From: a virus
Direction: 5' to 3' (one strand)
Length of the DNA stretch: 64,000 bases
Virus record (IMG/VR): IMGVR_UViG_3300034691_000049
Location: 8,810-72,809 of that record
Under the pieces are notes generated by a model. It did no database searches. It was not told where the DNA came from and saw nothing but the letters and a program-made list of their open reading frames with translations. Below, piece after piece: positions 28,811 to 37,429 of the stretch (positions within the stretch are counted from its first letter, which is position 1; each line of letters begins with the position of its first letter). The position numbers and the translations under genes were made by a program.

Positions 28811-29745
28811 GGTGTTCTGGAAGTACATCTACCGCGGCTTCCCATGGCAACACTCACTACTGAGTGGCAGATGTACCACCAGAACACCATCTAAGTGCAA
28901 ACCTCTCTTACGAGTCAGCTTGCGGAGATAATGTTCCGGGCGAGTAACCATCTCACAACTTTATAGGTTATTAGCCACAAACTTGCTTGTTCGTGTACAA
29001 CTGACTTCGGCTGAAGTTATGTTGAGATTTAAATTCATTATTCCCCTGCCCGTCAGGTCAGAGGTACGCTAATACGGCTAACTTGCACGCTCGCGTAACC
29101 ACATTTCTGTTTTTACCAAATTCAGCACTTACTCGTACTGTTAGGTACAGCGGCGGATCTTTTTAATACCCTAGGGGGTATTGGGGAACACACCGGCGTA
29201 ACAGACCACTTCCAGTTACAAATGGTCGTTATCCCTCCCGGTATGCTCCCCAATACCACCGTAAACGGCGATATTGGGTTCGATCTTATGTTCGAACAGA
29301 CATACCGACTCTATGCTCGTCGGGTCAGCAGCCCCTGCCCGGGACAAGGGTTCAAATGAGATTGGTGATGTCGGTAGTCACGGTCGGTCATCACAAGCGC
29401 GTGAACGCTCAGCTTTACCTTCAATCTCAACCTGGGTGGCAGCATGATCGGTGCTACACCTGATCAGCTTCAGCTCTCATCCCACAGTTAGGATGACTTT
29501 CGCACAGCGCTATGAGGCTGATGCCTTGCTGCCAAATTAGGTGGCACTTCAGCTTTGTTTCTGTACCTGCCGTCGCGACGGCGTTTCTGATGTCCAGAAG
29601 AAGTGCCATAAATTTCGGCTCGTTGTTTTCCAAACAGTTTTCGCGGTAACAAACGTCGTTCTGTTCGCCAACTTCAGTTGGTTTTGCTGTTCAGTACCGA
29701 TCACAGCATTATCCGATCTGTATTTACAGGAGCACGAATGACACA
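28811..29745 (-). ncRNA. candidate large structured ncRNA or array of structured RNA domains
   Basis: About 8 tandem domains closed by 6-20 bp helices; mismatches resolve to G-U on the - strand; no convincing ORF. Confidence 0.65.
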
Positions 29746-29762
29746 GGCCCCTCCTGCCTTTT

Positions 29763-30233
29763 TTATACCGGTATATGGTCCGGGGTCGCATTAACACCGA
29801 TCTCGGGAGGCCGAGACGATGTTGCTACGATCTTGCTTCGCATTTCACGGCCACGGGCTGAGCCCTTATCCCATTCCATGCGATTGAAGTCGTCACCTTC
29901 AGGGAAGGCATTGACCAGTTGTTCTGGGTCCGGGACAGTCAGTGCCTGTTCCAAACCAAGGTTGTAAGCTGCCGTCGTGACCGACGGTACTGGGTCCGGC
30001 GAAGTGCCAGTCAGTTCGTACTGGGTCATGTACCCCACATAGGAGACATTGATCAGCACAGCCGCTTCGCCTAATTTGCGCTGCTCTTTCGCAGCATTCA
30101 AGATCGGGATCGACAGACTGCGCTTGTCAGACCAGACGTATGCACTGGCCGGCATGTAACTACCGACCTGTGCGACTGACCATACCGCAAGAAACCAGTG
30201 ACGCTTGATGCTGCTGGGGTCTGCCTTGGCCAT
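29763..30233 (-). CDS. hypothetical protein (156 aa)
   Basis: GAGGT RBS; within the middle-gene run. Confidence 0.75.
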   Translation of the reverse strand: MAKADPSSIKRHWFLAVWSVAQVGSYMPASAYVWSDKRSLSIPILNAAKEQRKLGEAAVLINVSYVGYMTQYELTGTSPDPVPSVTTAAYNLGLEQALTVPDPEQLVNAFPEGDDFNRMEWDKGSARGREMRSKIVATSSRPPEIGVNATPDHIPV

Positions 30234-30276
30234 GTTCTACCTCTGGTTTGCCCTGGTTGCCCAGGGCGTTGCCTGA

Positions 30277-30654
30277 TCAGTCGAACAGGTTGTCGTCTTC
30301 GCCAGCGGCAGCAGGGACTTCAGCCAGGGCTTCAGTCGTGGTAGTCACAGGGACTTCCGCCGCTGCTTCGGCAACCTGCGCAGCTTCGCTTACAGCCCCG
30401 GCTGGTGCAGTGTCCGGGACTTCGGCAAGCGGTGCAGAGGTGGTCACGGTTTCGGTCGCGTCGGATTTCGACTTTGGGGCAACCGGCGCTTCCGGCTTCG
30501 GGTCGGTGTCCAGGGTGCAGATCAGCTCTTTGGTGCCGCGCTTGAAGCTGAAATCGACGGAAGCTTTGCCCGGTTCGAAGGCAGTCATGCCTTTATTGCG
30601 CAGGTCGTTGATCAGGGCAGTTTCGAGGTCAGCGTGGGTCAGAATCAGTTGCAT
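30277..30654 (-). CDS. conserved N4-like protein with Ala/Pro/Glu-rich tail ending DDNLFD
   Basis: AAGGA RBS; MQLILTHADLETAL start. Confidence 0.8.
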   Translation of the reverse strand: MQLILTHADLETALINDLRNKGMTAFEPGKASVDFSFKRGTKELICTLDTDPKPEAPVAPKSKSDATETVTTSAPLAEVPDTAPAGAVSEAAQVAEAAAEVPVTTTTEALAEVPAAAGEDDNLFD

Positions 30655-31214
30655 AATGCGGTTCCTTTATGGAATTGAATGAGTTGTTTGTACTGGTCTG
30701 TGAGCAGACCCGCATAAATCGCGCCGATGGCGTCAGCCATGTGTTCGGCGTCACCGAGCAGGATTTCTCCTTTCGGTTTCCGGGGCCAGGGGGCTTCCGG
30801 GTGTTTTGCCACAGCCCAAGCGATCATTTGCTTTTTGGTTGCCGTTCGGCTGCCAACAGTCGCAAGTTTGACCTCATTGGGCGTTACTTCAAAAAATTGT
30901 GATTTGGCGCGTAGACCGCCCAAAACCCCAATGCAGATGCCAGAACAGAGCGAGGCGCGGGCGCTTTGACTACCTTGCGGAATCTCGGCGAAGTTTAAGC
31001 TCGCTGCCATGAAAGGAGCCACGCCCTCATATAACTGGTTTGCCGTGCGCAGATCTTGTGAATTCTGCCGCACCTGCTTTCCTTCGAGCGATTCAGACCG
31101 CACAACCCGGAGAGTCTTGATGGTCACGATACCTGTGTCGGTATCTATCATACCGCCAGCTATGCCCCAATTCCGTGAGGAAGGGTCATGGCCGGCGACA
31201 GATAACCGAGCCAT
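30645..31214 (-). CDS. RuvC-like Holliday junction resolvase
   Basis: GHDPSSRNWG, EIP, TPNEVK, ATKKQMI and HMADAIG match the RuvC catalytic pattern. Confidence 0.8.
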   Translation of the reverse strand: MARLSVAGHDPSSRNWGIAGGMIDTDTGIVTIKTLRVVRSESLEGKQVRQNSQDLRTANQLYEGVAPFMAASLNFAEIPQGSQSARASLCSGICIGVLGGLRAKSQFFEVTPNEVKLATVGSRTATKKQMIAWAVAKHPEAPWPRKPKGEILLGDAEHMADAIGAIYAGLLTDQYKQLIQFHKGTALCN

Positions 31215-31765
31215 TACACACCAGCGCGAGCAAGGCGGCGTTGGAGCACTTCGACGTAGGACTTCATCAGCCCGTGTTGTTCGCGAAGGTCAGCAACCTC
31301 GTCATCTGACAGATTCAAGCTGGAAAGTTCGCCGCCGTCCAGTTTTGCTAGGAATTCAGACAAACCCATCAGACGAGCGGCAACCTGGAACATCTCGGTG
31401 ATAACGCGCTGCACATGGTCAGGAAGTTCGCGCTGTTCCTGAGTCAGTGGGCGATTACCCCGGTGGATGTCCTCAGCCAGCATGAAGCCGGCCAGCGGCC
31501 ACAGTTGGTCACGTGCATCGCGCATTGCCAGTTGTTTGCCCAGTGCTTCGTCGTAATTCTCCGGGCATACACTGCCCAGGTTCTTACCGACGACGGTGAG
31601 GCCGTTGTGCAAGGTCAGGATGCAAAGCAGGATCGAAGGTTCGATCTTGATCAGCTCCGTGGACTTGATCATGGCGTCCAAAGCAGCCGGTGTAACACGC
31701 GGGGCATTGGTGAGGCCTTTGGCTTGAATCTGGGACTCAAGCGCTTGTTCGGCGGGTGAAGACAT
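31214..31765 (-). CDS. fusion of N4 gp49/Sf6 gp66-family domain and helical-hairpin (crAss001_48-like) domain
   Basis: CILTLHNGLTVVG...CPENYDEALGKQLA...LWPLAGF, then HVQRVITE...LSEFL...QHGLMKSYVEVLQRRL. Confidence 0.8.
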   Translation of the reverse strand: MSSPAEQALESQIQAKGLTNAPRVTPAALDAMIKSTELIKIEPSILLCILTLHNGLTVVGKNLGSVCPENYDEALGKQLAMRDARDQLWPLAGFMLAEDIHRGNRPLTQEQRELPDHVQRVITEMFQVAARLMGLSEFLAKLDGGELSSLNLSDDEVADLREQHGLMKSYVEVLQRRLARAGV

Positions 31766-31810
31766 GGACAGCTCCTGAAATGGGGCCGGTTACCCGACCC
31801 AGGGTGGTGT

Positions 31811-32596
31811 TCAGTCGAACAACGAATCAACTTCGGCGCCGGACGCGTCAGTTGGGGTGCCAGCAGGACCGGCGCCGCCAGCTTCAGGCACGAGGCCTTC
31901 TTTCTTGACTTTGTCGATCACTTTGCCTTTGTTGGCTTCGACCCACTTGTCGTAGAAGTCGGCCGTCGGCGCGGCGCCGGACTGTTTGGCCTGGCGCAGT
32001 TCAGCGATGGTGCACTTGTTGTCGGCGAAGAAGATCTTGCCGATTTCGTTGCTGAAGCGGGTGATCGGGGCACCGGTTGCATCGCAGACCGGTACATAGT
32101 CGTTGCCGACTTTCTTCGTCTTGTTCTCTTCGACCTTCAGCAGGCCCAGGATGAACTGTTTACCGATCAGCTCGACCGCCATTGGCACTTCAGTCGGCAC
32201 GTCGGTTTTGGTATCGAAGTTGCGCAACTTGACGATTTTGGTCTCGAAGTTCAGCGCGTTCAGTTCTTTCTTGGCGCAGAACATCGAGATGGCGTTCATG
32301 TTGTTGAAGCCGGGCAGGTAGGACTTCTTGCCGTCACGTTCGTAGTACGGCTTGTTGCCCTTGGCATCGCCGGAGGTGACCCACTCGGTGAACTTGTGTT
32401 TACGTCCGTCGGCACCCTGGACTTCCAGAGTCATGGAACCGGCGCCGCCTTTGGACTTACCGGCGAAGGCCGACAGGATGGTCACCAGATACGCATCGGT
32501 TTCCCAGGTGAAACTGCCGCCGAGGCGGTCACTGTCGGTTTCGATTTGTTCGTTGGTGGTGTTAGCGGTGTTGGCAAAAGGGTTGAGACTGCTCAT
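31811..32596 (-). CDS. ssb: single-stranded DNA-binding protein (N4 gp45-like)
   Basis: DRLGG, WVTSG, YLPGF; acidic tail SLFD; synteny. Confidence 0.85.
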   Translation of the reverse strand: MSSLNPFANTANTTNEQIETDSDRLGGSFTWETDAYLVTILSAFAGKSKGGAGSMTLEVQGADGRKHKFTEWVTSGDAKGNKPYYERDGKKSYLPGFNNMNAISMFCAKKELNALNFETKIVKLRNFDTKTDVPTEVPMAVELIGKQFILGLLKVEENKTKKVGNDYVPVCDATGAPITRFSNEIGKIFFADNKCTIAELRQAKQSGAAPTADFYDKWVEANKGKVIDKVKKEGLVPEAGGAGPAGTPTDASGAEVDSLFD

Positions 32597-32657
32597 CGTG
32601 TTGCTCCAAATTTAAGGGAAGGTGAATGAATATCGCAATAGCCCCCGGAGGGGGCCA

Positions 32658-33371
32658 CTAGACGTAATATTCGTCCATACGGTCAATGACATTCTGGATG
32701 TCGTTATCGATGAAAACTTCGTTGTCGGCCCACATCAGCATAGGACCGCGGATGCGCGTATTAAGCGTATCCTTCGTGACCTCGGTCTGATAGACGTGCT
32801 TGAAGCCAACGGCACGTTCTTTGTCGGTGATCTTCAGCAGCGGGCTGCCTTCGACCAGGTCGGAGATCTTCACCTTCTGGCACATGAGCACCAGCGAGAA
32901 ATAGGCTTCGATGCCTTGGTTCTTCAGCGAACCGGCGACCGGGATGGCAGTTTCCATCACCATCGCAGTTTCGTTGTAGGTATCGAGCGTGTGCGCGAGG
33001 AAGATAACTTTCTTGGTGGACTTGGCCACGTCAACCTGCATGGTTGACTTGAAGAACTCGGCAAAGTTGCCCCACGCAGCGCGACCATCGGCCGCAGGCT
33101 TGACGTACTGGCTGATGTACATATCGAGCCAGAAGGTCAACGTGTCAATGACGATGACTTTGATGTTGTCGTGTTTTTCAGCCCAGGCGAAAGCTTCTTT
33201 CACTTGGTTTGGGTTCGTCACGGTTCGCTGCACAAACTTCGCAGGGAACGGCAGACGCTTGCCAGCTTCGCAGTTCAAATACAGAACTGATTCAGGGTCG
33301 CGCAGATTTCGCAGGGAAGCAGACTTGCCGCTGCCCGATTTGCCGCAAATGAGCGCCAAATGTTCATTCAT
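32658..33371 (-). CDS. AAA_24/Sak4-like ATPase (N4 gp44-like)
   Basis: GKSGSGKS Walker A, VIDT Walker B, FLAH, RIRGP. Confidence 0.85.
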   Translation of the reverse strand: MNEHLALICGKSGSGKSASLRNLRDPESVLYLNCEAGKRLPFPAKFVQRTVTNPNQVKEAFAWAEKHDNIKVIVIDTLTFWLDMYISQYVKPAADGRAAWGNFAEFFKSTMQVDVAKSTKKVIFLAHTLDTYNETAMVMETAIPVAGSLKNQGIEAYFSLVLMCQKVKISDLVEGSPLLKITDKERAVGFKHVYQTEVTKDTLNTRIRGPMLMWADNEVFIDNDIQNVIDRMDEYYV

Positions 33372-33396
33372 GGGAATACTCCAGAAAAGAGATCAC

Positions 33397-33416
33397 AAAA
33401 GCCCCGGGACGGGGCC
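33397..33416 (-). terminator. probable terminator
   Basis: GCCCCG-GGA-CGGGGC with a T tract on the - strand. Confidence 0.55.
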
Positions 33417-33426
33417 AGTGTGAAGG

Positions 33427-35583
33427 TTATGGGCGTGCCGCGAGTTCTTTGCCGACAGTGACCATGATTGAACCGAGAATCTCGGCTTCGGATAACTTGT
33501 CTGCCAACTTATCGTTGAGAGACGTAACGTGGTCCTTGATTTCGGCCCAGTTCTTCCCGGCCTCGATCAACAGACGGGCATAGCGATGCAACATGACGTT
33601 GCGGTTGCCATCGCCCGTGTTGTTGATGATCCAGCGTTCCAGATTGTCCATTTGCTGTTGGCTGCCCAACCGCTGAAGACGTTCTTCGTTTTTACTGGTT
33701 TTCGGGATGAAAGGCAGGACATCGAACAGCTCGCCATCAACTTGCTCGAAGTTGGCGTTATGCGACATCCATTTCTTGCTTCGGTGGGTACACGATTCAT
33801 CCACTTCAAACGGCAGAGATTCCAGCACGTTCTTCATGAATTCCTTGTATTCCTTCGCATCCATCTGCAACACGTAGTTCGTGGGCAGAACGATACGAAA
33901 CCGGTTTGCATCTTCGGTGTGGCGCTTGGTCGTGTAGTAAATCGCGGCGTAGTCTTTCATGAGCATCTTGGCCGTAGCCAAGTTCATGGTTCCGTCGATA
34001 TCCAGCACGATCATGTTGAAGCCGGGAATACAAGTGTCCTCGGTGCGGTGCCCGCCGTGAACGTGGTGGTTCAGCCAGTGCAGATCGGTTCCGGTAACCA
34101 GACGTTCCAATTGAGTCCACGGAGCTGTCTTGTTTGCGTAACCATGCGCCGGATGTTCACCGGCACCGCCGCGAGCATACGACACCACCATTTTGGTCAG
34201 GTCAGTGACCTTCAGCTTCTCGCCACGCAGGAATTCAATCCCGTCGGTGAAAGCTTTCTTGATGATGACGTTGTTCTTGTAGCCCCAGGCGATTGCCATC
34301 TTGACCATGTCCGAGCGCGCTGCCTGGCTGCCCTTGTAATAAGGCAAGTCCTGCATCAGGTCCGGTTCGGTCACTTCCGTGCCACAGTTCCCCAGATAAT
34401 TCGCCAACTTAACGTAGGGGCGTTCACGAGACAGCAGAAGCTCGAAAGCCTTGCCGCTTTCTTCAGCAAGCTTTACTGCTTGGTAGAAATGCGTTTCCGT
34501 CAGCTCAGGCGAGCCGTCGATGAACGCATATGCACCAGCAGCCTTCAAAGCCTTGAAGTAGCGGTGAGAAATTTCCGCTTTGCGTTGTTCTTCGTGTTCT
34601 GGCAGGGAATCTGCAAAACGCTCGCAGTCGATCTTGTACTGGATCACCAGCAAGCTGGTTTCCTTGGTCATCGTCAACACGGTGCCCATGTTGTGCGAAT
34701 CGGCCAAGTAGCCCAACTTTTCGCTGAAGGAATCGACAAACGTGGACGAAACTTTGTTCGTCATACGGTCATAGATCTCTTCGGCAGACAGCGTCAGATC
34801 GCGGGTGCTTTCTTTGCCGTAGCTGAAGAAACAGCGGCGAGCGTAGCCGGTATCGAGCAATGAAATCAGCTCGTCTTCCGTCTTGCCACCATCGAGCAGT
34901 TTCGACGGTGTACCGAACATCATGAGGTTCGTCGGCGTGTTGCCGTCGATTTCCTCGTGACGTACGTTTTCGGCTGTCACTTTGGTGATCTTCTGACGAA
35001 TGCCACCCATGTCGAACAGTTCCAGCAGTGTTGTGAGCACTTCGGCACTACCTGACAGGTTGGAACCAATTTCGTCGATGATCAAGTTCACCGAGCCGCC
35101 GTCGGCGAGCAACAGCTTGTGACGCATCTGCTTTACAGCGGCAGGTGTGCCAGAGTCGAAGCTATAAACCAGAGGACCAAGGGAAGCGAATTCCTTCTTG
35201 ATCTTTTCCAGCTCAAAGTCGTAATCCGTCGAATCCCGACTGGATCGCTTGAGTGCGATCTTTGCAAGATTCGGTTCTGCGGTGAACGGAAAGTTTTCCA
35301 GGAAACGACTGCGGAATTGGTTGGTAATTTCCTTTTCCAGAATGTTCGTCGAGAAACCTTTACCGGCACCGGAGGTGGCGAGGTTCAGGGCGTACATGTT
35401 GACTGGAATGTCACCGCGATCATGAGTGCGGATCACTACCCGCATTTGTGAGGCGATCATGCACAAGTGGAACGTCGTCAGCACGCGGAAGAACAAATGG
35501 TTCGAACTCTGTGTCTTTTCACACAGAATCCGTACCACGTCTTCCACGTCGGGGTTATGCGACATGTCTTCGACAGCTTTCAT
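33427..35583 (-). CDS. N4 gp43-like primase (with P-loop NTPase N-terminal part)
   Basis: SGAGKG, IDEIG, LDIDG, YTTKRH, RFRIVLP, GNRN. Confidence 0.85.
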   Translation of the reverse strand: MKAVEDMSHNPDVEDVVRILCEKTQSSNHLFFRVLTTFHLCMIASQMRVVIRTHDRGDIPVNMYALNLATSGAGKGFSTNILEKEITNQFRSRFLENFPFTAEPNLAKIALKRSSRDSTDYDFELEKIKKEFASLGPLVYSFDSGTPAAVKQMRHKLLLADGGSVNLIIDEIGSNLSGSAEVLTTLLELFDMGGIRQKITKVTAENVRHEEIDGNTPTNLMMFGTPSKLLDGGKTEDELISLLDTGYARRCFFSYGKESTRDLTLSAEEIYDRMTNKVSSTFVDSFSEKLGYLADSHNMGTVLTMTKETSLLVIQYKIDCERFADSLPEHEEQRKAEISHRYFKALKAAGAYAFIDGSPELTETHFYQAVKLAEESGKAFELLLSRERPYVKLANYLGNCGTEVTEPDLMQDLPYYKGSQAARSDMVKMAIAWGYKNNVIIKKAFTDGIEFLRGEKLKVTDLTKMVVSYARGGAGEHPAHGYANKTAPWTQLERLVTGTDLHWLNHHVHGGHRTEDTCIPGFNMIVLDIDGTMNLATAKMLMKDYAAIYYTTKRHTEDANRFRIVLPTNYVLQMDAKEYKEFMKNVLESLPFEVDESCTHRSKKWMSHNANFEQVDGELFDVLPFIPKTSKNEERLQRLGSQQQMDNLERWIINNTGDGNRNVMLHRYARLLIEAGKNWAEIKDHVTSLNDKLADKLSEAEILGSIMVTVGKELAARP

Positions 35584-35601
35584 TGATATCTCCGTATTCG
35601 G

Positions 35602-36585
35602 CTACAGAACCAGATCGCCGCACGCAATGAGCGCGTCTTTCTGTTTGCACGCAAGGAATGCGTTGCAATATTTGCAGCCGGTGACACCGCCGCGTTTGGT
35701 GACTACTACGCCACCTTTTGTGGCGACCAGGAGATCAGCATCCGCTTTGTTGTCAAAGTTTTTGGTGGATCGGGCACCCGGCTCGCTTGCTTTCGCCGCT
35801 TTGGCAAAATAGCGATAGGTGTCCGGCTTGCGCCACAGTTCCTTGTCGGAGCAGGGTGGCATATCTTCTTCCGGCGCATGCTCAAGGTCAATGAGCTGCT
35901 GCACTTTGCCTTCGACGTAGACCTGGGTCTCTTCGAGGGTCAAGAGCTGCAATTTGCGCGTATGCATGCGGGCTGGTGGGTAATTGTCCGGGTTCATGTT
36001 GCGATCCCGGCCATTCCAGTCAGTGAACTGAAAAGTGAGGTTCATCCACGGCTTCGTTACCTTTTCTGGATTCAGCCAGCGGTACATGCTGCCTTGCAGG
36101 ATGTAGGCCTCGAAGTCAGCCATCAGGTACTTGTAGACCGAGGTATTTTTCAAATCCTCGACCGCGCCGTCACCGATGAAGTCAAACTTACCGGAGACCT
36201 TGATGCCGAGAACAACTTTGCTGCTGCGGATTTCCGTGTAGACCGGAATGATGCCACCGGCCGCGACTTCTTCTTCGGACGGGTTGACCCGGACCTTACG
36301 GGCCACTCCAGGCGGATGACCCAGAGCAATCAGGGTGTCTGCCAGCTTGGGCGACTTCCATGCTGCCTCGAAGGCGTCATGGATGGCGGTGCCGTTACTG
36401 CTCGGGATCATGTCCGCAACGTCCGTAGACATCATCCCAGGCGGTACACGGCGGGCCAAGATCACTTGCTTCACTGGTTTCAGCAGTGTGGTGACCGACA
36501 GGCCGGCTTCTTCTCGGTCATACGTTTCATGTGCGAGGTAAACCTGCGCGAACAGCGACAAACCAGTGTTATTGGTGAACTTCAT
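35602..36585 (-). CDS. PD-(D/E)XK Cas4-like exonuclease (N4 gp42-like)
   Basis: GTAIH, SGKFD...DLK, QGSMY, C-terminal CKYC...C. Confidence 0.85.
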   Translation of the reverse strand: MKFTNNTGLSLFAQVYLAHETYDREEAGLSVTTLLKPVKQVILARRVPPGMMSTDVADMIPSSNGTAIHDAFEAAWKSPKLADTLIALGHPPGVARKVRVNPSEEEVAAGGIIPVYTEIRSSKVVLGIKVSGKFDFIGDGAVEDLKNTSVYKYLMADFEAYILQGSMYRWLNPEKVTKPWMNLTFQFTDWNGRDRNMNPDNYPPARMHTRKLQLLTLEETQVYVEGKVQQLIDLEHAPEEDMPPCSDKELWRKPDTYRYFAKAAKASEPGARSTKNFDNKADADLLVATKGGVVVTKRGGVTGCKYCNAFLACKQKDALIACGDLVL

Positions 36586-36977
36586 GTTTGTTGCTCCGGT
36601 TGTTCGGCCAGCCACGCCCCGAGGGTGCGGTGAGCCTCCTTGAGGTCGTGGTAGACGGACTTGCCGCCAGTTCGTGTGCCAGGCACCAGAAGCTTCTTGC
36701 GTGCGTGATACAGGCGCGAGGAAGGCAATGGGAACAGGTCATCCACCCGATAGGTGTCGATGGCCCGCCAATGATCAGGCAAAGGTTTCCAGTAAGCCGG
36801 GAAATCCAGGGCCATTTGCTCAGCTTCAGTATCTTCACCGCGTACGGTGCCGTAATGAGGAACAAGTCGCCCCATGTTGTTCACAGTGTAAAGCTGCCCC
36901 CCTTTAATAGGGTCGCAATTTACGTCGTGGATGTATTGGTTGGGTTTAACAAGGGGAGTTCGCGTAGGAGTATTCAT
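36582..36977 (-). CDS. conserved N4-like hypothetical protein
   Basis: HARKKLLVPGTRTGGKS motif; ATGA overlap. Confidence 0.75.
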   Translation of the reverse strand: MNTPTRTPLVKPNQYIHDVNCDPIKGGQLYTVNNMGRLVPHYGTVRGEDTEAEQMALDFPAYWKPLPDHWRAIDTYRVDDLFPLPSSRLYHARKKLLVPGTRTGGKSVYHDLKEAHRTLGAWLAEQPEQQT

Positions 36978-37425
36978 GCGTATTTATTGGCCTCTCAAGC
37001 CAGCCGTTGTCGATAATTTGATCAACCTCCATGCCATTGCCAAAACCGCAACGTGTCAGGTGGAAGATCGCCAGTTTGGCCGCAGCCATGTACTTGCGGG
37101 CCTGACGGTCCTCAATATTCATGACGACCATGATCAGCTCAGTGCTGATTCGTTTATTGCGTGAGAGCAAACCATACAGCCGAGGGGCTGATAGGTTCCT
37201 GTCACTGCCTTGATCTAACGCGGCGATACCAGTGATGACATCATCAACGGCGGCGTTGTAGTACATAGAGGGTAGCTGCGAGAGGGCGTCCTGATGTGGG
37301 TTGGCTACCCAGCGTGTGCGTGGACCCCCAATGGCCATTTTATCAGTTTGATAATCACGAATCTTGTCTGTCCGTGGTTTTCCCAGGCATCCCCACAGGG
37401 TAGGGAAGTCGTCAATGTGGGGCAT
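36946..37425 (-). CDS. hypothetical protein (159 aa)
   Basis: AAGGA RBS; first gene of the leftward replication run. Confidence 0.7.
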   Translation of the reverse strand: MPHIDDFPTLWGCLGKPRTDKIRDYQTDKMAIGGPRTRWVANPHQDALSQLPSMYYNAAVDDVITGIAALDQGSDRNLSAPRLYGLLSRNKRISTELIMVVMNIEDRQARKYMAAAKLAIFHLTRCGFGNGMEVDQIIDNGWLERPINTHEYSYANSPC

Positions 37426-37429
37426 GCAG

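Noticed and set aside
29470-29525. Hammerhead-like three-way junction on the - strand
   Set aside because: Core reads CUCAUAG rather than CUGANGA and no NUH cleavage triplet is in place
28811-29745. tmRNA, RNase P RNA, group I intron or CRISPR array
   Set aside because: No tmRNA T-arm/CCA end, no P4 GGAAAGUCC, no interrupted gene and no direct repeats with spacers
29549-29797. 82-aa ORF overlapping the structured tract
   Set aside because: TTG start overlapping the previous gene, no RBS, unprotein-like; better explained as structured RNA
35602-36585. Cas4-like protein as part of a CRISPR system
   Set aside because: It is the conserved N4 gp42-type exonuclease; no array or other cas genes
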